In this document: positions 50,816 to 61,985 of the stretch, piece by piece | How positions within the stretch are numbered: the first letter of the stretch is position 1 | How the letters are laid out: every line of letters starts with the position of its first letter | Assembly: GCA_020137815.1 (NCBI GenBank) | Contig: CM035351.1 | Location: 8,122,001 to 8,186,000, forward strand | Source: Hormiphora californensis | Lineage: Eukaryota > Animalia > Ctenophora | Direction of reading: 5' to 3' | Length of the DNA stretch: 64,000 bases | Notes under the pieces: generated by a model | Seen by the model: the letters and a program-made list of their open reading frames with translations, nothing else | What the model was told of the DNA's origin: nothing | The model's database searches: none | Position numbers and translations under genes: made by a program

Positions 50816-51899
50816 CCGCCTGGGCCAAAAAAAAGTCATGGTACGCCGAGCCTCATATCTCCCAAATCTTAACTTCGATCACTCTGATATTTTGACACAA
50901 TGTTTATATGGGTACTCATTCGAGGAATCCGGAGTTTCAATTCCTAAATCTTAAAAATTCATTAATGAACCCCTTTTTTCATTTTTTGGGTTTTTCCACG
51001 TTTTCTCATTGTTAAATTCGATTTTATTCTTTAAAAAAGCAACCATGCATCAGAGTAAACAATAATAAATGGCAATCCGAATTTTTATTAAAAATGAATC
51101 AAGTTTAGTTGGTGAAATAAATGATTAAAAAATGGTCATTTTTACCAAACATCGATTTTGACCCATTTTGAGGAGAAATCGGTAATTTCAGGCGCTAAAA
51201 ATTGGTACGGCCATTGCACTTGATCAATGTTGATATTAGCCGGAATTTTAGCTCTCTATCTCAAAGTTCATTTTTCCGACTGAAATGAATCCTGAATGAA
51301 CTTGAAAATAGGAATGCTTTTTCAAACCTAAATGTCACAGTCGCCTTTGGGTATCGATTTCCCTTCAAACGCGACTAATTTTAGCTCAATTGGACCACCA
51401 CAAGAGACACAGTGTCCAGTTTTCTAACCCTGGGTCTGGTCATGTGACCCCCATTGAGACGCTTGTGTCATTACGAAGTGCCAATAAGCAGGTGTAACGG
51501 TCGAGTATCACGTATCACGTCTGCTAATGAGGACGGTGTATCGACACAGCGTCCGTTAAAATATAAGCTCTCTTGCTAACACGTCATAATTTGATGGGGA
51601 TCACATGACCGAACCTAGTCTTGGTAAACTGGCCACTGTTATTCTTGTGGTGATCCAATTAAGCTCAAACTGGTCGCGTTCGAAAGAAAATCGATAGCCA
51701 AACAAATTTGAGAAACTTTGGTACTGAAATATGGTCCCTTTTTGGTGTTCCTTCAATGTTCATTCGGGCGAAAAAAATGAACTTTCATCCAGAGGGCTGA
51801 AACTCCGGATTCCTCGAATGAGTACCCATACAAATATTGTGTCAAAATATCAGAGTGATGGAAGTTAAGATTTGGGAGATATGAGGCTCGGCGTACCAT
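50816..51899. mobile_element. Non-autonomous terminal-inverted-repeat (TIR) DNA transposon (Tc1/mariner-like, TA site), right TIR truncated
   Basis: ~100-bp inverted repeats (50838-50940 and ~51798-51899) plus inner inverted segments. Left end TA|CCGCCTGGGCCAAAAAAAAG. The homologous empty site is visible downstream of BTB paralog 3 (~56050-56085). Confidence 0.82.
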
Positions 51900-52304
51900 C
51901 TTTATTCTTTAATTAACTTAAAAATTTCGCATGATCATATCATTGTGTCCCTTGTTATGCATAATATATAAATACAAGACCTTGATACATATTGGGCCTC
52001 AATCAATACCACGTGTACATTGTGCTGTTGCACCGCCCCGTATGAACAATACAACGTGTACACGGTCTTCTTCTGCACTCTGTACTGAAAATCACGTTAT
52101 ATAATACATATAATCGAGGTTTGTCGTTTGATAGCATGTACAATATTTAAATACCTTTTTTAAATGTTTTTTCTTTTAAATTTTATCTTAAATGTTATCA
52201 TGCGTTTAATTTAACTGTCAGGAATATTTCTCCGACATAATGCATACACATTACACAGTCCATACTAACTCCATACCCTCTATCCCTATTATAGCGCACA
52301 ATTA

Positions 52305-53894
52305 ATGGACGTTGCTACAGTCTCTCAACTCAGTGTCCCGACTAATTTCGGCAGTCTACTCCGCGGTTACAAAGGTCTCAATGACGTCACAATGACGACT
52401 AGTAAGGGTGAGGAGGTGAAGGCAAACTCACTTATCCTGACCCTGAACAGTCCAGTAATCTCTGAGATGTCAGAGAAGGACTTCCTGGTGGATTTGGACA
52501 TGGCTGATTTTACTGTTGAGGGGGTCAACTGTTTTATTGAATGTTGCTACTCCGGATCTGTTGAGAGACAGCTAAACAGGGAAACATTTCGTGATCTCAA
52601 CAAAATCAGCATTGCATTTAAAGTGGATTGGATTGCTAAAGAGTGTCTCCGGTATTTCTGTGATATTTGTATCGACCTGACTGAGGACTCTCTTGATGAT
52701 GCCCGGTACTTGTTTGACGAAGCTGCCTTTTTAGTGAAAGAACGGTCTGATAAACAGTTGGTGAAGGCTCTCAATGTCGGGTTGAAGAAACAGTCTCCGG
52801 AGCTGAGATCTGCTCTTATTCGTGACATAATGGCTCGTGATCCAATGGGACATGTTGATGCTGAGGTGTGTAGTTATTTGGCCGGTCCTGCAACACCTAT
52901 TTTATACACGTGTCTTGCTGAGGTAATAGAAGGTAAACCTCGTCCTCACAAACTTACACTTGCCGAAAAACAGCTGCTGAATCCCTCTGTAATAGCGTAC
53001 TGTCAACGGTTAGAAAAAGAGGCTTATGAGCACCTACTTAAAATTCTACAAACATCTGTGTCTCCTGACGATTACGGTTTTTTATTCCAACTGTTGGCTG
53101 ACACGAGTAGAGCTTCAGGGGAAGAGGATTGCTTAAGTAAGGATGAAGACGTTGACCGGTTACTGCCAATAACAGATGTCACCCTCCCGATACCCATGAG
53201 TGGTAACTGGAAAGAAGATATTGATTCGATAAAGAAAAATCCTCAAGTTAAAACTACACGGCAGGCTGTTAACATTGTTAACAGTATTATTCTCCAGTAC
53301 CAGAACGTCCAGCAGCAGAAAATCTTCGCATACTTTGAAAAGAACATAATGGAGGAGGCAGTTCTAAAAGGAGCAGACTATTTTCCAGATGCCCGAGTTG
53401 CACAGACATTATCAAATAACTTTACCCGACAATGGTATCGAAATGACGTGCTATGGTACACTCGGGATGTGTTCATCAATGAACTAGCATACAACGCTGC
53501 ACATACCTTGCCGTTCATCAAAGAGACCAGTCTGATCCTGGGCAAGGATGAAAACAAACACCCTAATCCTGAATGTGAAAAATGTGGATATACTCCTTCA
53601 GAGTTTTGTGGGGTGGCAGTGAAAGTGACATTAACGATAGAAGATTGGGAGCAGGTGCCGAAAATTGAAGTTCACCATGATGCCATAAGTCAAAGAGACA
53701 TTCCATTCTGTGTTACGCATGAAAATAGCCCATCTCTTGTCAGTTATGTTAGTGCAGTTCTTGTGAATAGAGGGTGTGAATACCCGTTGTCTTGCACGTA
53801 CGATTCTTTCGCTAATGTCTCATTCTATCAAGGTCTTTACTCTTTGAGGTTATACTGGCCAGTTTGCTCGCGTGCCATGGCTTATGGCTCCTAA
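52305..53894 (+). CDS. BTB/POZ-domain protein, paralog 2 (529 aa, divergent C-terminus)
   Basis: N-terminal ~180 aa nearly identical to paralog 1. The C-terminal half is strongly diverged but keeps CG.A.KV..T, PK, YVS..L and LYWP. Confidence 0.78.
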   Translation: MDVATVSQLSVPTNFGSLLRGYKGLNDVTMTTSKGEEVKANSLILTLNSPVISEMSEKDFLVDLDMADFTVEGVNCFIECCYSGSVERQLNRETFRDLNKISIAFKVDWIAKECLRYFCDICIDLTEDSLDDARYLFDEAAFLVKERSDKQLVKALNVGLKKQSPELRSALIRDIMARDPMGHVDAEVCSYLAGPATPILYTCLAEVIEGKPRPHKLTLAEKQLLNPSVIAYCQRLEKEAYEHLLKILQTSVSPDDYGFLFQLLADTSRASGEEDCLSKDEDVDRLLPITDVTLPIPMSGNWKEDIDSIKKNPQVKTTRQAVNIVNSIILQYQNVQQQKIFAYFEKNIMEEAVLKGADYFPDARVAQTLSNNFTRQWYRNDVLWYTRDVFINELAYNAAHTLPFIKETSLILGKDENKHPNPECEKCGYTPSEFCGVAVKVTLTIEDWEQVPKIEVHHDAISQRDIPFCVTHENSPSLVSYVSAVLVNRGCEYPLSCTYDSFANVSFYQGLYSLRLYWPVCSRAMAYGS

Positions 53895-54211
53895 AATGTT
53901 ATAATATACTTTAATTGTTCTATCAAGCAAATCTGCAATGACCTATCTTAATTTTATTTAGGCAATGCATTTAATTCATTGCTATGATTTATTATCGCCA
54001 AACCCCATGGACTATTATTGGAAAGTATGCATGTAACAGCTCTCTTTTATCTTTTAAAATGAATTTTCTTAGCTTTTTTGTTGTTGTAAAACATTTATGA
54101 TTAGCATATTGTGTTGAAATAACTTTCACTTCATTTTAATTACTTGTCCAACAGTCAATCTTGCCCTTTTTATTTTAACTCTAATATCATCCCTTTTATA
54201 GTGCACAAGAA

Positions 54212-55886
54212 ATGGTCCGCAGGGCGCGGTACCGACCTGGGCAGGGCAACCAAGCTGCTGCTGCGGTGTCTGTCCCTCAACTCAGTGTCCCGACTAATTT
54301 CGGCAGTCTACTCCGCGGTTACAAAGGTCTCAATGACGTCACAATGACGACTAGTAACGGTGAGGAGGTAAAGGCCAACTCCCTTGTCCTGACCCTGAAC
54401 AGTCTCTTGATCTCTGAGATGGCAGAGAAGGATTTCCTGGTGGAGTTGGATATGACAGACTTTACCACTGAGGGGGTCAACTGTTTTATTGAATGTTGCT
54501 ACTCCGGATCTGCTGAGGGACAGCTAAGCAGGGAAACTTTTCGTGATCTCAACAAAATCAGCATTGCATTTAAAGTGGATTGGATTGCTAAAGAGTGCCT
54601 CCGGTTTTTCTGTGATATCTGTATCGACCTGACTGAGGACTCTCTTGATGATGCCCGGTACTTGTTTGACGAAGCTGCCTTTCTAGTGAAAGAACGGTCT
54701 GATAAACAGTTGGTGAAGGCTCTCAATGTCGGGTTGAAGAAACAGTCTCCGGAGCTGAGATCTGCTCTTATTCGTGACATAATGGCTCGTGATCCAATGG
54801 GAAACATGGATATCAAAGTTTGCAGTTATTTAGCTGGTACCTCGATCCCCACTTTGTACACGAGTTTAGCAGAGAGTATCCGGTGTAAACCTCGACCACA
54901 CAGGCTAACCATTGATGAGAAGCAGCTATTAAACCCTCCAGCTCTAGCGACTTGTCAACGTTTGGATAAAGAGGCCTACCAACAACTGATGGATATCCTG
55001 AAAGCATCTGTTTCTTCCTGACGATTTCGGTTTTCTATTCCAACTGTTGGCTGACACGAGTAAGATCGTCAGGGGAAGAGGATTGTTTGAGTGGTGATGA
55101 AGATGTTGACCGGTTACTGCCAATTATAGAACGGACCTACCCGATACCCATGAGCGGTAACTGGAAAGAAGGATATCGATTTAATCACGACAAATCCTCA
55201 AGTTAAAACGGACCGACATAAGCTAGAAATTCTTGTCAATGCCATGAGGACGACACATGGAGGAGAAGACAAGAAAATAGTTCAGCGTTTTAATGAAAAT
55301 ACAGGTCCAAAGTAACATTATGTTTACCTTTCCTGTCCAATTTGATACGAACTTCGACGCTAACAGACTTTATAAGATTGGTAAGATTCCTCGCTCACAG
55401 CGTTAATGCGGTTGGAATAGCACGTATGTTATCAGATTTTGTAGCCATCCTTATACACTTACTCCAAGTCCAATACCATACGTTCAATATGTCCACCTTT
55501 CTCGATATGGATATTCATTATGTAGAAAAAACAACGGACGAATCGACTGTTTGCACTGTCATTATACTCTTAACCCGCCAACCGGTTGTAAGGGAATATA
55601 TGCATGTGGCATTGCATTAAAAGTTTCTGTTACGGTTAGCGATGCAAATCGACTTCCAAAAGTAAACATTGCTTTTGATGATGTCCAACATAAAAAGAGT
55701 GGTGACAACTGTAAAGTTCATCCTATCAATTTCACAATTCTGGATTATATCAGTGTTGCGCTTATTAGTAAGAATAATCAACATGCTTTCGATCTTACGT
55801 TTAGTCCAACAAACTTTGATTTTAAGCTTGGTTATAAAAATATTACAGGCATTCAGCTGTATTGGCCAAGCTCTATACCATGGTAA
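54212..55886 (+). pseudogene. BTB/POZ-domain protein, paralog 3 (frameshifted; pseudogene or assembly indels)
   Basis: Near-copy of paralog 1 split into ORFs 54212-55021 and 55551-55886. Extra bases at ~55015, ~55065, ~55173 and ~55310. Confidence 0.7.
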
Positions 55887-56427
55887 ATTTACCATTTTAT
55901 AATGTACGAGTGATAGTTGTTAGACGCTGTACTGACAAACGAAAACAGGTGTATCTGGAGAAGACAATTTCTTCTTCTACGTCTAGATTTAGCAAGAGTT
56001 AGCAAGAGTTAGCTAGTGAAGAAATACTAACATATTCGTAGCAAAAAGTTGTATGATAAGTCAATCTTATTATTTATCTTTAATTAATTTTTATGCACGA
56101 CAGTTTTATAGCGAATCGGGGACTTCGCATGATCATATTTTATTAGTGTGTCTCTTATTATGTATAAATACACACCTGGTCAAACTTGATATATGTATAT
56201 ATTGGGCCTCAATCAATACCACGTGTACCCGGTCTACCTCTGAGAATCACGTTATATCAAAGTTTGATAGCATGTGTACAATATTTTAATACCTTTTTTA
56301 AATGTTTTTCTTTCTGAATTTTCTCTTAAATGTTATCATGAGTTTAATTTTTTAACTGCTACTGCCCATTTCTTCGACCCAGGACCCTACCCAATCTCTA
56401 AATACCTCCAATTCATGTTAGGTTCTC

Positions 56428-57801
56428 ATGGAAACAGTAAAGATCCGTACTATCCATGAGTATGTTCAGAAGCTGCCCCATGGAACCCAGGACCGCCTTT
56501 ACACCCACCCTGCAACATGTTTAGCCCTCTACCGGTCCCTCTCTCCCACTGCCCAACAATACGTCTCCCGCCTCCTGTTCCTGGCTAGCCCCGTACCTGT
56601 GGACACCCTGACATCGTGGACTGTCAGCCCCAGCGACAAGACCAACTTGGACGCCACCAAACAGCTCAAGAGTGCACGCTTGTGGAGTGTAGTGAAGTGC
56701 GGGGATCTCGGATCAGGGAGTGAGGGAGTGACTCTGCATCCCAGTTTCCGAAAGGGTCTCACTACGGCGCTATGTGGTGGTGGCATGCCCTGGTACGGGA
56801 ACCAGCAGAATCTGGAGCCTGATAAGAAACCAAAAACGGTGGAGTTTCTGGATCAGTACTCCAAGGAACGGTGGGAGTGTTTGTTGCAGTTCATGGTGGA
56901 GGGTAATCCTGCCTCGGAGAAAGTTAGCCCCGATATTGCAAACTTACTGATACAATCGGATATAATTCGGAAATCTGAGGGAGAACATGCCATCACCAGC
57001 ACGGGATTTCAGTTTCTTTTGATGGACACCCCGGCACAAATCTGGTATTTCCTTCTACGGTATCTTGATCAATGTGATGCACTGGGACTCAACCAGACAA
57101 CGTGTTTAGCCTTCATTTTCCAGCTTAGTTTCTCAACTTTAGGGCGATCTTATCCCATTGGATCCCACGGGACATTCGTCCAGCACCTCCGGCAGATTGG
57201 CCTGGTCTACCAACGGAGACACACCGCACCCTGGTTCTACCCTACCCGGCACGCCATCGAGTTGATATCCGCGGGAACTGAGAAAACTGCATCAACAAAG
57301 GAGGGTTACATTATCGTTGAGACGAACTTCAGAGTGTATGCGTATACCTCTAGTGACCTTGACATTGCTCTCATTGCGCTTTTTGTAGAGACTCTTCACC
57401 GGTTTGATAATTTCCTGGTCGGTCAGATGACCCGGGAGAGTGTACAGATGGCCCTCCAAAACGGGATATCAGCCCAACAAATCCTTGACTTCCTTCGAAC
57501 CCACGCCCACCCCCAAATGCTGGAAAAGAAGGGTAACGGGCCTGTGATCCCGCCAACTGTAACCGATCAACTGTTCCTGTGGGAGATGGAGAGAACTAGG
57601 ATAAGTACAGAGGATGGGGTCCTATACTCTCAGTTCCTCAGTGACTCTGACTTCAAAGTGGTCCAGGAGTATGCCCAAAATATCGGGTGTGTTATGTGGT
57701 ATAGCTCACAGAAACGACTCCTCGTTGTTAACAAAAAGGGACACAATGACGTGAAGAAGTATTGGAAAACTTACAAGAGAGAACACGGGGAAAGTGGGTA
57801 A
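56428..57801 (+). CDS. GTF2H4: TFIIH subunit 4 (p52/Tfb2), intronless
   Basis: RLYTHPATCLALYRSL; LDQYSKERWECLLQFMV; ITSTGFQFLLMDTPAQIWYF; GYIIVETNFRVYAYT; IPPTVTDQLFLWEMERTR; GVLYSQFLS; GHNDVKKYWK. Confidence 0.97.
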   Translation: METVKIRTIHEYVQKLPHGTQDRLYTHPATCLALYRSLSPTAQQYVSRLLFLASPVPVDTLTSWTVSPSDKTNLDATKQLKSARLWSVVKCGDLGSGSEGVTLHPSFRKGLTTALCGGGMPWYGNQQNLEPDKKPKTVEFLDQYSKERWECLLQFMVEGNPASEKVSPDIANLLIQSDIIRKSEGEHAITSTGFQFLLMDTPAQIWYFLLRYLDQCDALGLNQTTCLAFIFQLSFSTLGRSYPIGSHGTFVQHLRQIGLVYQRRHTAPWFYPTRHAIELISAGTEKTASTKEGYIIVETNFRVYAYTSSDLDIALIALFVETLHRFDNFLVGQMTRESVQMALQNGISAQQILDFLRTHAHPQMLEKKGNGPVIPPTVTDQLFLWEMERTRISTEDGVLYSQFLSDSDFKVVQEYAQNIGCVMWYSSQKRLLVVNKKGHNDVKKYWKTYKREHGESG

Positions 57802-57981
57802 TGTTTTGTTGTGAAAAGAGAGATATTGTTAACGAATTATTAATTTATTTTTGTTCCATGTTTTTAGACGCACACTGCTAACTTTCTCTGCTCTACAATT
57901 CCTTGTACGCTGCCCCTCTCTTGCCCCTCACTCTGCCCCCTCTTCCCCCTTCTCCATCGCCCTCACATTGACCCTCATCAG

Positions 57982-58542
57982 ATGACAGAAGAACTGTTAA
58001 CGGAACTACTCCTTGAATTCCTGGAGGTATGGATACATGCCGTGCTTCACACTTCTAACATATACCCGCCACAGATATTCCGATCTCGGTACAAATACGG
58101 TGTTAGCGTGAAACAGTCCAACTTCCCCTCCCTCAACAACTTTATCAGAGACCTGGTCTCCTCCCTCCGTGAAGTGATATCAAGTAGATCTCTCCAGGAT
58201 CTTCATATCACCATACAGGAGGGTACCAAAACATTGGAATCATTCTCCCTCCGGTTCTCCTACCACCAAACCCAGACAGGTCCAATATCAGAGGAGGGGT
58301 TGGTGAGGCGGTGTAGGGAGGGGTTTAGGGGCCAGATTGTGACTGTCATGGAGAGACACAATGATCGGGAACCAGGGGATGAGGGGGTTACGTTTGGTGT
58401 GACAACACGAACTACAGAGTTGGCAGGTAGCCAGTTGAGGAAGTGGTGTGAACAGAGTGTGATAGAGTCGGAGGGGAGTGTGACACCCCTGTTATTTAAT
58501 GATTTGTACCATTTTACAATGCAATCGGTGTACCGAGTTTGA
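57982..58542 (+). CDS. MAD2L2: HORMA-domain protein REV7/MAD2L2
   Basis: LLLEFLEVWIHAVLH...IYPPQIFRSRYKYGVSV...PSLNNFIRDLV...LESFSLRF matches the REV7 N-terminus. Confidence 0.85.
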   Translation: MTEELLTELLLEFLEVWIHAVLHTSNIYPPQIFRSRYKYGVSVKQSNFPSLNNFIRDLVSSLREVISSRSLQDLHITIQEGTKTLESFSLRFSYHQTQTGPISEEGLVRRCREGFRGQIVTVMERHNDREPGDEGVTFGVTTRTTELAGSQLRKWCEQSVIESEGSVTPLLFNDLYHFTMQSVYRV

Positions 58543-58620
58543 CCAAAAATGAGTTTCTTCTCCCATTCACTAATTCTCTTTATCACCGACCTTCCACTTC
58601 CCTCTCTAACTTTAGTGGTC

Positions 58621-61600
58621 ATGTCGTTACTAAGACATGCCCTGGCACGGGGTCTCTCCAGTGGCCCTACATTCAACCCAGTATGTAAGGGAGTTCTGGG
58701 AGCCCTTACCAGCGCCGTAGGGAGCAGAGAATGTTACCACCTCGGAATCTGGTACAGTAGTTAGCAAGATAAATAACGATATAATGGTACTGAATCAATG
58801 AATCGGTACAGTAGTGTGTCATTAGTTGACATTTTAAATGAGGTTAAGAATCTGGTACAGTTTAATAGTAATTTATGTCGTTGAGTTGATACATATTTTC
58901 CGTTTTTATTCAACACATAGCATAATGTAAGAAATATCATCTGGCCGGTATAATAATTCTGTAACACCCATTATCAGCAAGGAACCTCCACGGAACAGAT
59001 GAGTCCTTTCACCCAACCCGGGCCCCTGAGGCTGTAGTCACCCCTCACACTACGGAACAAGTCAGTGCGGTGATGAGGATATGTAATGAAAACAGGATCC
59101 CTGTGGTTCCATTTGGCACCGGTACTGGTAAGATCTGAAAGAAAGTTATTATATCTGGGCTGTGATTTATTATAGTACTGCAGCTGTAGACCCTTGTATT
59201 GTCGACCCTTCTCCCCTTATCATGCTTTTTCTTCTTTACCCTGATTCATTTTGTTGCTAATAATGCTGATTTGTTCCAGGTTTCGAGGGTGGTGTAGGTG
59301 CAATGTATGGTGGTATCTCCCTGGCCCTACACAAGATGACAGACATAGTTGAGGTGAACAGCAGTGATTTCGATGCTACCGTCAGGGCAGGTACAGTTTG
59401 TTTATTAGTGCTACATGTGAAGGGTGCAGAAAGACCGTAGAAGTACAAAACTCAGCACTTCTTTTTTAAACTTTATTTTGGTGGCAGTGTATTTTGCATG
59501 TTCGAAATTTCAGTCCAGATTGTAAGAAAGGGATGCTGATCAATTGATCTCATTGATCTATGCAGGTGTAGTGATGATATATCACCCATCTCTAGGTGTA
59601 ACACGTCACCAGCTGAATGATTGGATAAAGGAGGAGGGATTACAGTTTCCTATTGACCCTGGTGCGGGTGCTTCTGTCTGTGGGATGTGTGCTACCAGCG
59701 CCAGTGGAACCAACGCTGTCAGGTATATTTACACTTCCCTACCTTGCCATGGTAACAGTGTTAGTGTCAGGTATAGACGATATATTAGATCGAACCACGT
59801 GTCTGTGATTTCTATGCTCTGATCCTAGGTAGCCAACCCAATATAGCTCAAATGGTTAGGGTAGCCACTGGCTATTTTGACCTACCTACCCATCATCGTT
59901 ACAGTGTAACAAATTTACACCCCTCCAATATATAAAGGTTACCCACCATTATTACACCCTCTCCTTCCCTACTGCAGGTACGGTACGATGAGAGAGAATG
60001 TATTGAATATGGAGGTAGTGTTAGCAGATGGAAGGGTTATACACACCGCTGGAAAGGGGTCTAGAGCTAAGAAAACTAGCTGCGGTTATAATCTTACTAA
60101 TCTATTTGTAGGGAGTGAGGGAACACTAGGTTAGTAAAGTAGAGTTTTTTTGAAGTTGTGACCCCAAACTCGTGCACATGCGATATTTCTTACTTTTTGA
60201 TGCACACACCACACGCTATCTATCGGTCTGCTCCACCCAGAGTTAATTCACAAAAAAAGGTTATTGTCTTCTCTATTAAAAAGTGAGTTCTCCCTGACGG
60301 CTGACACCCTACCACCAGGTGTGATAACACAGGCAACAGTGCGACTTTATGGAGTTCCTGAAGCCACTGCAGCTGCTATATCATCCTTCCCAACTATTGC
60401 CAGCGCCGTGGAGACTGTAGTACAGGTGGGAGACAACACACACAGTTAGTTTTAGGAATTAGGAACCCTTTTATCTTGCCTCCCCCTCGTTTAAAATCGT
60501 TAACCCCTTATTTATGGCCTATTCTGTTTTTTTTTTAAATTTTGGAATGTTCTCCAGGTTTTACAGTGTGGTATTCCCGTTGCCAGAATGGAATTCCTCA
60601 ATCCTGATATGATATCCGCCTGTAACAGTTACAGTAACCTCGACCTAAAGGTTGCTCCAACCTTATTTTTCGAGTTCATCGGCTCTCCGGTAAGATGGGA
60701 AACGCATTGAAAGAGGTTTGAGTAGTGTTGTCTGTGACTGCAATGACCATGTGATCCTAAAGAATCCGATACCTTATGTTTCTAGTCAGGTGTAGAGGAA
60801 CAGGCACAGCTAGCTGAGGAGCTGTGTACCTATAACGAGGGGGATAACTTCACCTGGGCCACTGCACAGGAGGATAGAACCAGGCTGTGGAAGGCTCGAC
60901 ACAACTGCTGGTAATAATAATAATCCGATAATGTAGTCGTCAAAAATATCCATTGTCCACCGAACTAGTTTCATAACCAACACAAATTGTACCAACAGGT
61001 ATGCGGTAAAAGCGGGCTACCCCGGACTCCACGCTTACAGTACAGATGTAGTTGTGCCGGTGTCCCGTCTACCAGAGATAGTGGAGTATTGTCATGAACT
61101 GGCTGGGGGTATGGGGGTCCCTGCCCCCATTGTGGGTCATGTTGGGGATGGAAACTTTCATTGCTTTCTACTAAGTGATCAGGTAAATTGTTGAGTCGCT
61201 TGACACTGTGTCCGTGCTCCGTATCCCGAACAATTCAAGTAAATTGAATATAGTAGGGTAGCATCTTGAATGTAGGGGGGAGAGAATATGATTCCCAACA
61301 CCCCCTTTCACTTCCTTGTTCAGACTATCATGTGAAGAGAAAACTATATAACGCTTACCAACTTTCACACTTCTATCCCAAAGAACCCCACCCCGATCAT
61401 CAAACTAAATTATACCCCCTATATCAACTCCTCTAGAACGACACGGAAGAGGTGGCCCGTATCAAGGATTTCAGTGGGAGGCTAGCAGAGCGTGCACAAG
61501 ATCTGGGAGGTAGCTGTACAGGTGAACACGGTATAGGGTTGGGTAAACAGGCCCTTATGGAGAGAGAACTGGGACCACATGGTATTGATACCATGGCAAC

Positions 61601-61673
61601 CATAAAACGCAGCCTGGACCCAAACCTGATATTGAATCCAGGAAAGGTTCTGAATATGCGGCATTTGTGTTAA
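58621..61673 (+). CDS. LDHD: Mitochondrial D-lactate dehydrogenase (FAD-linked), ~11 exons; probable one-base indel in exon 1
   Basis: Exons encode HGTDES; [15 protein letters not shown]; [44 protein letters not shown]; [24 protein letters not shown]; [11 protein letters not shown]; [11 protein letters not shown]; [13 protein letters not shown]; [13 protein letters not shown]. Confidence 0.95.
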
Positions 61674-61985
61674 AAAGGAAGAGTCAGTGTTTTTAATGTT
61701 CTCTCAGCTTTCTTTTATTATTGTGAATTTAGGACGTTTTTTGTTGAAAAATATATTGTGATTTTTATGTTTTATAGTTTTTATAGTTTTTATGTTTCGT
61801 GTCAGGTACATATATTTTTAGACAAGCTTATTTTATAACCACTTGAGTTTCAATCCCAACCCGTTTTCTGCACCTACTCTCCCAGCTCTGAAACACAGGT
61901 ATATTCACACACATATCAACCCACTCTCCCCTACTAGTTCTACTTCCTAACCCCGTTGTTTCACATTATAGCAAGCTATCCTAGA

